From positions 1-14,809 of the forward strand of contig JANRJA010000005.1 in NCBI GenBank assembly GCA_033764315.1: a stretch of 14,809 nt of DNA, read 5' to 3'. Below the pieces are notes generated by a model. It had not been told where the DNA came from, did no database searches, and worked only from the letters and a program-made list of their open reading frames with translations. The stretch comes from Oculatellaceae cyanobacterium bins.114 (GTDB taxonomy: Bacteria; Cyanobacteriota; Cyanobacteriia; Elainellales; Elainellaceae). How positions within the stretch are numbered: the first letter of the stretch is position 1; each line of letters opens with the position of its first letter. Of this stretch, positions 7,714-14,809 are shown in pieces. A program made the translations under genes and the position numbers.

Positions 7714-8907
7714 ATGGACACCAAAGCGTTTAAGCGATCGCTCAATAACTCTGACCATTACCACCGCAAAGGCTTTGGACATGATGAAGACGTGTCTGAG
7801 CAAATGCAGTCAGAGTATCAAAGCGACTTGATTCAGCAGATCCGTGACAACGGTTATACGATGACGCAAGGAGAGGTGACGATTCGGTTGGCGGAGGCGT
7901 TTGGCTTCTGTTGGGGGGTAGAACGAGCTGTGGCGATGGCATATGAGACACGTCAACACTTTCCCAGTGAGCGCATCTGGATCACCAATGAAATCATTCA
8001 TAATCCCTCGGTAAATCAGCGTTTGCGCGAGATGCAGGTCGGGTTCATTCCGGTTGAAACGGGGGATAAGGATTTTTCGGTAGTTGAGTCAGGCGATGTG
8101 GTAATTTTGCCTGCGTTTGGAGCGAGCGTACAGGAAATGCAACTGCTCAACGATAAGGGCTGCACCATTGTTGACACGACTTGCCCCTGGGTGTCAAAGG
8201 TGTGGAACACGGTTGAGAAGCATAAAAAAGTAGATTACACCTCGATCATTCATGGCAAATACAACCATGAAGAGACGATCGCCACTAGCTCCTTTGCGGG
8301 CACTTATTTGATCGTGTTGAATCTAGCAGAGGCGCAGTATGTCTCCGACTACATTCTTAATGGGGGCGATCGCACCGAATTTATGACCAAGTTTAACCGT
8401 GCTTGCTCAGCCGGATTTGACCCCGATCGCGACCTGGAGCGCATTGGCATTGCCAACCAAACCACCATGTTGAAAGGCGAAACAGAGCAAATCGGTAAAC
8501 TGTTTGAGCACACGATGCTGCGAAAATATGGTCCTGCTCACCTGAATGAGCACTTCCTCAGCTTCAACACCATCTGTGATGCTACGCAAGAACGACAGGA
8601 TGCGATGTTTCAACTGGTGGATGAGCCGCTCGATCTGATGGTCGTAATCGGAGGTTACAACTCCTCCAACACCACCCACTTGCAAGAGATCGCGATCGAG
8701 CGGAACATCCCCTCTTATCACATTGATAGTGCTGAGCGCATTGGCCCAGGTAATCGGGTTGAACACAAACCCTTAAAGCAAGACTTAGTGGTTCAGGAGA
8801 ACTGGCTACCCGATGGCCAGATCACGGTGGGCATCACCTCTGGAGCCTCAACCCCTGATAAAGTAGTCGCCACTGTGATTGAGAAGATCTTTGCACTGAA
8901 GGTATAA
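7714..8907 (+). CDS. ispH: 4-hydroxy-3-methylbut-2-enyl diphosphate reductase (IspH/LytB)
   Basis: 397 aa with [45 protein letters not shown] and TSGASTPD, plus the cyanobacterial/plant N-terminal extension. Confidence 0.98.
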   Translation: MDTKAFKRSLNNSDHYHRKGFGHDEDVSEQMQSEYQSDLIQQIRDNGYTMTQGEVTIRLAEAFGFCWGVERAVAMAYETRQHFPSERIWITNEIIHNPSVNQRLREMQVGFIPVETGDKDFSVVESGDVVILPAFGASVQEMQLLNDKGCTIVDTTCPWVSKVWNTVEKHKKVDYTSIIHGKYNHEETIATSSFAGTYLIVLNLAEAQYVSDYILNGGDRTEFMTKFNRACSAGFDPDRDLERIGIANQTTMLKGETEQIGKLFEHTMLRKYGPAHLNEHFLSFNTICDATQERQDAMFQLVDEPLDLMVVIGGYNSSNTTHLQEIAIERNIPSYHIDSAERIGPGNRVEHKPLKQDLVVQENWLPDGQITVGITSGASTPDKVVATVIEKIFALKV

Positions 8908-8975
8908 GGTTGCCGTATGAAACTGGGGCAGATTGCTAATTTCCTGGGCGTTGCTGATTGAAGGTATGAATTTTG

Positions 8976-9001
8976 TAAGGGCGTTTCGCGAAACGCCCTT
9001 A
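8976..9001. repeat. 26-bp perfect palindrome, REP/short-dispersed-repeat-like, between convergent genes
   Basis: TAAGGGCGTTTCGCGAAACGCCCTTA is its own reverse complement. The preceding G gives GTAAG, similar to the GTAG foot of REP elements. Confidence 0.75.
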
Positions 9002-9005
9002 TCGC

Positions 9006-9094
9006 TGAAGTTTAGATCCCTGGTTGCTCGTTCGGCATCCTTAAAGTAGTCTGATTTGCGTCACAGCAACCGGGGATCTGGGGAAAGTCGCACA
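9006..9094 (+). repeat. 89-bp hairpin element, copy 3 (pair B, downstream of radical SAM gene)
   Basis: Arms AGATCCCTGGTTGCT (9014-9028) / AGCAACCGGGGATCT (9065-9079), tail AAGTCGCACA. About 68/90 identity to the reverse complement of 10921-11009. Confidence 0.88.
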
Positions 9095-9134
9095 CGGGGT
9101 TATCTTATTCATTTGAGGAGAAATAGGCGTTGAA

Positions 9135-10760
9135 TTATACTGCTGCAAACGTTGGGAAGTGCTCTTTGGCACTCTCTAAATGCTTGAGTAGGGTTTGTTT
9201 GGGCAACGGTCCTTTGAGGTGCTCCCAAGGGAGGGTTTGTTCTGTAGACCAGGGTTGATGAACGTAGTAATCGAGTGGGGGTAGTTGGTTTTGCAACGCT
9301 TTAAATGCGCGACGATAGCTGCCCAAGGAGTCGCCATAGTGTCGGGTCAGTTCTAACAGTGGGGTCAAACGGCGATCGCCCCGTGAAATGAGAGTTTGAA
9401 TCACAGACCAGTTGTAGCTCTCTGGACGAAAGTCGATGCCCTGCGATCGCAGTTGTTTTTGCAACGTTTTGAGTCGCTTTTCGGCATCCGTATTCACCCC
9501 AAACCACTGAAACGGGGTATGGGCTTTGGGGGTAAAGGTGCTGCATCCATAAGTTAGTCGTAGCCCTTGTGCGGCGCGTTTGATGTCGCGCAACATCGCG
9601 ATTGTCTGATCCAGGTCTGTTGACACTTCACCCGGAATCCCGACCATGCCATAGAGCTTGAGCGCGCTCAGTCCGCCTGCTTTAGCGTTGATGGCTGCCT
9701 GGATAATTTCGTCGTTGGTCAGCTTTTTGTTAATGATCTGTCGCAGGCGATCGCTGCCACTCTCAACCGCAATCGTGATGGAACGACTGTCGTGTTTGAC
9801 CAACACCTCCGCCAGCTTTTGGGTAACGGTATTAGTTCGCACAGAGGCAAGGCTAAGCCGCACATCATCAAACTGAGGTTGACTGAGGTAGTCGAGCAAG
9901 GTTTCAAACTCAGGGTGTTGAGTAACGGAGGCTCCTAGCAGACCCAGACGATTGGTAACGGTTAGCCCCCGCTCGATCGCCGGAATCAGAGAAGCTTCTA
10001 AACTAGCTGTGCGAAAGGGCAGGGTCAAATAGCTGGCTAGACAAAAGCGGCACATCTCTGGGCAACTCCGCACCACTTCCACCATGTAGATGTTTTCCCA
10101 GGCGGCTTTTTCGGTCACGACCGTAGAAGCTGAGAGGACATTGCCGCGATAGGTTTGCTTTTCGACGATCGCCGGAATGTGACTGCTGATCGGTTGAATT
10201 GAAGCGATCGCCCCTTGAGTGTCTTGATAGGTAACGTGATACAAGCTGGGAATGTAAATGCCTGGAACCTGTGCTAAATGCTGCAATTGTGTGGTGCGAT
10301 CGGCATTTCGCACCTGTTGATAGGTCGTGACAAAGTCATCTAACAGGGTTTCTCCATCGCCTAACAAAATCACATCAAAAAAAGCGGCAAATGGCTCTGG
10401 GTTAGCGGTTAACACGGGCCCCCCACCAAACACCAGGGGATGATCTGCTGTCCGAGTGCTGGTGTGTAACGGAACTTCTAACCGCTCTAGCAACGTCAAT
10501 ACGTTTACATAATCAAGCTCCCATGAGAGAGAAAAACCAACTAGCTCTGGTTGAGTGGGTAACGGCTCGTGCCCATCCATAAACAAACGGCTGACCTGCA
10601 CATCTGATCGCATCGCTAAAGTCGCCCACACAACCTGATAACCCAGGCTTGTGATGCCAACGGTGTAGTCATTAGGAAAGGCAAAAATAGTGGCGATCGC
10701 ATCTGCTTTGGGGGTCGCAGGGTCAAATAACAATCGCTCAGCAGAAAATGCAGCCGTCAT
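9135..10760 (-). CDS. Radical SAM protein with N-terminal B12-binding-like domain
   Basis: 541 aa. CxxxCxxC in VEVVRSCPEMCRFC. N-terminal AFPNDYTVGITSLG, FSLSWELDY and GGGPVLTANPEP. Later AVESGSDRLR and FTPKAHTPFQW. Confidence 0.92.
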   Translation of the reverse strand: MTAAFSAERLLFDPATPKADAIATIFAFPNDYTVGITSLGYQVVWATLAMRSDVQVSRLFMDGHEPLPTQPELVGFSLSWELDYVNVLTLLERLEVPLHTSTRTADHPLVFGGGPVLTANPEPFAAFFDVILLGDGETLLDDFVTTYQQVRNADRTTQLQHLAQVPGIYIPSLYHVTYQDTQGAIASIQPISSHIPAIVEKQTYRGNVLSASTVVTEKAAWENIYMVEVVRSCPEMCRFCLASYLTLPFRTASLEASLIPAIERGLTVTNRLGLLGASVTQHPEFETLLDYLSQPQFDDVRLSLASVRTNTVTQKLAEVLVKHDSRSITIAVESGSDRLRQIINKKLTNDEIIQAAINAKAGGLSALKLYGMVGIPGEVSTDLDQTIAMLRDIKRAAQGLRLTYGCSTFTPKAHTPFQWFGVNTDAEKRLKTLQKQLRSQGIDFRPESYNWSVIQTLISRGDRRLTPLLELTRHYGDSLGSYRRAFKALQNQLPPLDYYVHQPWSTEQTLPWEHLKGPLPKQTLLKHLESAKEHFPTFAAV

Positions 10761-10920
10761 GAAATTTAGGTAAGGTTACTCTCTTCAGCTTAGTGCACTG
10801 AGAGAAAGGATGAAGGATAAAGGACAGGGTCTAAAAAATTAAGACAGATTAAGGAGGGGAATGGTAATGACTGCACACACTATGAACGGGAAAGAAATGC
10901 CGATGACCCACGAGACTCTA

Positions 10921-11009
10921 TGTGTGACTTTTTCAAGATCCCCGATTTTAGATGATGTAAATCAGACTTCTTTGAGGATGTTGATGAGAAACCAGGCATC
11001 TCAACCTCT
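10921..11009 (-). repeat. 89-bp hairpin element, copy 4 (pair B, upstream of radical SAM gene, inverted; most diverged)
   Basis: TGTGTGACTTTTTCAAGATCCCCGATTT...GAGAAACCAGGCATCTCAACCTCT. On the reverse strand it shares CATCCTyAAAGwAGTCTGATTT with copy 3. Confidence 0.8.
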
Positions 11010-11321
11010 GAACGTAACACGCTTTCCGCGTTTCTTCGGAGAATGGGGGCGATCGCCTCAGTAATTAAACAACTCGAATTCAGCGCATTCACTCTATGAC
11101 TTTAAGGGCTTTTTATATAAACCTAAAGATAAGCCACATTAGATGAAATGGTGGTGAAGAGCTAGACCTCTAAATTACGTAAAGATGCTGTTGCTCTGTT
11201 CAATCAAGCTTGAGGCACAAGTATCTGTCATCAAAAATCCATGCAGTTAAACGCTATTTCTAATCACGATTTCCATCGGCATCTACTTTTATAAGCGTCA
11301 CGTTATCAAGATGAAATTCTT

Positions 11322-12338
11322 ATGGTGAGACCATTGGATGAAGAACATGGAACTTTTGTTCCGCTTTCAGAGCGGATTGGGGAAGGCGCAGATGCGAATG
11401 AAATTCCCCATCCGCTGAAGGCAGAAGCCGATCGCCTGTTAGAAAAAGGGATTGAACAACATCAAATTCGTTCGTTTGAAGCCACCTTGCAAACGCTTGA
11501 GCAAGCTCTGGCTCTCTATCAAAAAGTTCGAGACTCTCAAGGAGAGGGGAAGACACTCAGTAATATTGGGCTAGCGTATTATGCCTTGGGGAGTTATGGA
11601 GATGCGATCGCTAACTCTTATCAAGCTTTGGCGATCGCCCGCCAATGTCTCGATCGCCGCACCGAACGGCAAGCCCTGGCTAATTTAGGCAACGCTTATC
11701 GCCACTTGGAGGACTACGCTAGAGCGATCGAATATAAACAACAAGGCTTAGCGGTCTCTCGCGAGATTGGTGATTTGCGTGGTGAAATGGCGGCCCTCAA
11801 TAACTTAGGTATGGCGTACAAAGCAAAGGGAGACTGTACAACAGCGATCGCTTACTACGAAGAGAGCTTGGCTCTGGCTTACAAACTCAATGACCAAAAA
11901 GTGGTTGGGCAAGTTTTGCGAAATTTGGGCAATGCTCACCATGCCTTATCGGATTACAGCAAAACAGTGCAGTGTTATGAAGAACTGTTGGCGATCGCCC
12001 AACAGCTTCCTGATCGCCAGATCGAAGGGCAGATTCTCAAAAACCTGGCGAGTGCCTGCTACATTCTGGGCAATCACGAGAAGGCGATCGCTTATCATCA
12101 ACAACGGTTGGCGATCGCTAAGGAGTTGAACGACTATCGCAATCAAGAACAAGCCTTAGAAAGTTTGGCGGTGATCTACGATGCCTTGGGCGATTACAGC
12201 AAAGCCGTTTTATATTACGAACAACGACTCATGGTTGTTCAATCAATTCAAGACCGCAAACTCGAACAACAAACGGTCGAGAGCCTCAAATTTATTTGCT
12301 ACGCCACTGGGGATTTTGCGAGAGCCAGCCAATATTAA
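11322..12338 (+). CDS. Tetratricopeptide-repeat protein
   Basis: About 40-aa periodic repeats (LSNIGLAYYALGSYGDAI, LANLGNAYRHLEDYARAI, LNNLGMAYKAKGD, LRNLGNAHHALSDY). No catalytic domain is visible. Confidence 0.93.
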   Translation: MVRPLDEEHGTFVPLSERIGEGADANEIPHPLKAEADRLLEKGIEQHQIRSFEATLQTLEQALALYQKVRDSQGEGKTLSNIGLAYYALGSYGDAIANSYQALAIARQCLDRRTERQALANLGNAYRHLEDYARAIEYKQQGLAVSREIGDLRGEMAALNNLGMAYKAKGDCTTAIAYYEESLALAYKLNDQKVVGQVLRNLGNAHHALSDYSKTVQCYEELLAIAQQLPDRQIEGQILKNLASACYILGNHEKAIAYHQQRLAIAKELNDYRNQEQALESLAVIYDALGDYSKAVLYYEQRLMVVQSIQDRKLEQQTVESLKFICYATGDFARASQY

Positions 12339-12440
12339 AGGAAGAAAATTTTGGTGTCTTCAGTGCCAAGAAATTGTCAGTAAACTAGAGGTAAGTTGTT
12401 TATCTGCAAGCAAATTCCTTACCTTTGACTTGTTTAGCTT

Positions 12441-13052
12441 ATGTTGTATTACAGGAACCAACCCTCTAAACCAGATGGAGTTAAGTCTGAAACGATCAGT
12501 CGAGTCAGAAGTGTTTTATGCAACCTGTCTAACAAGAGTAAGGTATCTATTTCCTTTGAGGAAAAAGCTGTTGAACAACACGAGAGTAAAGTATCTGTTT
12601 CCTTAAAAGAAGCTGTGCATCAACTGCAAGATTCCCTTGAGGCAGCGTTAGTTAAAGGGTATAGCTATGAGGAATTGGCTGATCTGCTTCAGCAAGAGGG
12701 CATTCCCATAAGTAGTTCGAGTCTGAAAAATTACCTTGCTTCGACTAGACGACAAACCCCTGAAAGTAAAATCTCTACTAACTCAGAAGATCAACATTCA
12801 GATAACCCATCAAACCGAGCGAGTAATTTTACAAATACTGAGCAATTATTACCTACGGATTTTGTCAGTTCTGACCTTTCAGCTAGTCAGTTGCAGAAGA
12901 TACAGGAACTCGCGCAAGTGTATGGGATTCCTTGTGAGATTCTGTTACAGAAGAGCTTAGAAGACTGGGCTAAATTCCCCGCAAACGACTCTGATGAGGC
13001 AACGGAGTATGTGTTGACCAAAAACGCTGAGCTTTATCGACGTTTGGCATAA
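12441..13052 (+). CDS. Putative antitoxin of the Doc module, fused to an additional N-terminal helical DNA-binding-like domain
   Basis: The stop overlaps the doc start (TAATG 13050-13054). The last ~60 aa ([10 protein letters not shown]...[15 protein letters not shown]) resemble small RHH-type antitoxins found before doc. The N-terminal part has an HTH-like [27 protein letters not shown]. Confidence 0.7.
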   Translation: MLYYRNQPSKPDGVKSETISRVRSVLCNLSNKSKVSISFEEKAVEQHESKVSVSLKEAVHQLQDSLEAALVKGYSYEELADLLQQEGIPISSSSLKNYLASTRRQTPESKISTNSEDQHSDNPSNRASNFTNTEQLLPTDFVSSDLSASQLQKIQELAQVYGIPCEILLQKSLEDWAKFPANDSDEATEYVLTKNAELYRRLA

Positions 13053-13435
13053 TGCGTTATCTAACACTGCTCGAAGTATTAGAGTTACACCGTCTCATCA
13101 TGGAGCAATCAGGAGGAGAAGCAGGTCTTCGAGATTTAGGTCTACTGGAGTCTGCGATCGCCCAACCTCGTATGACGTTTGACGGCGAAGATTTATATCC
13201 AACCATCATCGATAAAGCGGCTGCTCTAGGATTTTCAATTATCTTGAATCACTCCTTCAAAGACGGAAATAAGCGTGTTGGGCACGCTGCAATGGAAAAG
13301 TTTCTGATTTTAAATGGGATGGAAATTGCAGCATCTGTAGACGAGCAGGAACAAATTATATTGGCAGTAGCATCAGGTCAATTAGGGCGTGAGGCATTTG
13401 TTGAGTGGTTGCAAAACCACGTAACCCCACGCTGA
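13052..13435 (+). CDS. doc: Death-on-curing (Fic/Doc) type II toxin
   Basis: 127 aa with [20 protein letters not shown] and the Doc motif [12 protein letters not shown]. Confidence 0.93.
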   Translation: MRYLTLLEVLELHRLIMEQSGGEAGLRDLGLLESAIAQPRMTFDGEDLYPTIIDKAAALGFSIILNHSFKDGNKRVGHAAMEKFLILNGMEIAASVDEQEQIILAVASGQLGREAFVEWLQNHVTPR

Positions 13436-13512
13436 TTCAAATAAGCGATCGCCCTTTCGCCCCAACACCCATTTACATCCCCAAGTTTTACTCTCGTCGG
13501 AGCGCATCAACT

Positions 13513-13932
13513 ATGTCATTCACCACCCGTTATGCTTTGGTTTCATGCATTACAGTCGGGCTTATTGGTTTTTCGTCTTTCTATCAAGCCTCTGCCAACC
13601 CCTTGTCTCTGTCCCAGTCTTCTACCCTAATTGCCACAGCCTACACCGATCAAACCCTGCCAACTTTGCGATTGGGCGATCGCGGCAATGAGGTTGAGTC
13701 GTTGCAACGCATTCTGCTCAGCAATGGGTTTCTGGGTGCAGCGGGAGTGCGTTTAGGTAATCCTGGCGCGATCGCGGTTGATGGAGTGTTTGGAGCCGTC
13801 ACCGAGTCAGCCATTCAAGATTTGCAGCAACGCTATGGGTTACCTGTAACGGGGATCGTTGATCCGGCAACTTGGGAGGTGTTAGACACCTCTGAAAATC
13901 CTTATCGTGAACCTCTACCTTGGCGACAATAG
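13513..13932 (+). CDS. Exported peptidoglycan-binding domain (PG_binding_1) protein
   Basis: ATG at 13513, a signal-peptide-like N-terminus ending QASA, then PTLRLGDRGNEVESLQRIL, VDGVFGAVTESAI and GLPVTGIVDPATW. Confidence 0.88.
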   Translation: MSFTTRYALVSCITVGLIGFSSFYQASANPLSLSQSSTLIATAYTDQTLPTLRLGDRGNEVESLQRILLSNGFLGAAGVRLGNPGAIAVDGVFGAVTESAIQDLQQRYGLPVTGIVDPATWEVLDTSENPYREPLPWRQ

Positions 13933-14082
13933 CTCAGGGAGTGGGGGAGTGAACAGCGTGATGTGGCGGCTATCGCCCCCCATGACAAAGCCGCTCAATT
14001 GTTTCTAAAGCGTTGCCGGGATGCCCTGACCAATCCTCCCTTCTGAGTTAGATTTTAGTGGAAGTATATTACTTACTCGACT

Positions 14083-14751
14083 ATGAGACGCTACTTCCGC
14101 CCAATCACGTTGCTTTGTTTAGGAATTGGACTCCTGTTAAATCTATTTATTGGGTATGGGCAGCCATTCAAGACCACTGGAGCGGCGACTTGTCCAATAG
14201 CGGTGGTTAACACTTCCCATAAGTTGAAAGGAACCGCTCAAACGGCGCTCCATCCCACTCAACCGGAAGTGAGCAACGTGTCTTTTGCCCAGTCAGAGTT
14301 TGACTACACATTGGAAGTAGCAACGGATATTGCAACCTTATTTCTGTTTCACCCAGATGATTTAGCTCACCGCCGTGATGATCCACTCGATTGGTGGATT
14401 TACGACTTTGCGATTAATAAGGAATTTGCTGAAGGGCGTTTGATCGAAGTATCAGGGTGGGGAGATGGACGGTATGTTATCCGCTTAACCAATGCAGGAT
14501 TGACAGAACAGGAACGCCAGCATGTGGTTGATTCTCAAACCTTTCGCTTGCAGGTGCGTCATGGTCAGTTGTATATAGATGGAGGCAGTGCTTTACCCAA
14601 TGGCGGCGATCGCTTGCCAGGTGAGCAGTACGAATCTTCTCTGCCAGTAGAGTACAATCCAGCTCAGTCAGCAATTCTCAGTATGGAATTTCAACTGGTG
14701 TTGGGTGGGATCTCCAACTCTAGACCTTCAAGCATAAAGGTGAGCAGATGA
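14083..14751 (+). pseudogene. Secreted/membrane hypothetical protein (DUF6386-like by recollection), interrupted by an IS near 14669
   Basis: Hydrophobic N-terminus and motif VATDIATLFLFHPDDLAHRRDDPLDWW...GDGRY. The last ~27 codons are antisense to a transposase C-terminus and IS end. Confidence 0.6.
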
Positions 14752-14809
14752 TCCCAACTGTCGAAATACAGATAACGGGTCAAGGCTCGCAAGTCATCGA
14801 AGAAGGTCT
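14669..14809 (-). mobile_element. Downstream end of an insertion sequence (ISNCY-like), continuing beyond the window
   Basis: Putative terminal repeat CAGCAATTCTCA begins at 14669, 22 bp beyond the transposase stop. The family assignment is from recollection of cyanobacterial ISNCY elements. Confidence 0.7.
14691..14807 (-). CDS. Transposase C-terminus (partial; ISNCY-like)
   Basis: Manual minus-strand translation gives TFFDDLRALTRYLYFDSWDHLLTFMLEGLELEIPPNTS*. It is open to the window edge and absent from the ORF track. Confidence 0.75.
   Translation of the reverse strand, partial: TFFDDLRALTRYLYFDSWDHLLTFMLEGLELEIPPNTS

Noticed and set aside
2802-11009. 89-bp elements as integron attC sites or CRISPR repeats
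   Set aside because: The copies alternate in orientation, are kilobases apart, lack paired RYYYAAC/GTTRRRY cores, and no integrase is present.
10861-11092. ORFs 10861..11064 (+) and 10880..11092 (-)
   Set aside because: Both run across repeat copy 4 and show no protein-like features.
13405-13512. N-terminal extension of the PG-binding ORF
   Set aside because: It overlaps doc and would bury the signal peptide that begins at ATG 13513.
393-14674. Short alternative-frame and antisense ORFs nested within the main genes
   Set aside because: Shadow ORFs of well-supported CDSs with no motifs.

Overview
Cyanobacterial chromosomal segment: about 30 HIP1 octamers (GCGATCGC) counted by eye, plus cyanobacterial-type IspH and Uma2 genes. 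Native-looking genes (FAD-linked oxidase, ispH, a B12-binding-type radical SAM enzyme, a TPR protein) are mixed with accessory or defence-type genes. The latter are a Uma2 nuclease, a truncated membrane-anchor remnant, an HTH-NACHT NTPase divergent from a Zn-ribbon/TM gene and an NfeD-like gene, an orphan GH24 lysozyme, a Doc toxin with an unusually long fused antitoxin, a peptidoglycan-binding protein, and a secreted protein cut by an IS whose transposase C-terminus enters at the right edge. The main unexplained structure is four copies of an 89-bp hairpin element arranged as two inverted pairs. Each pair brackets exactly one minus-strand gene (NACHT; radical SAM), and partners resemble each other more than they resemble the other pair. 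Family assignments come from motif recognition only; no searches were run.
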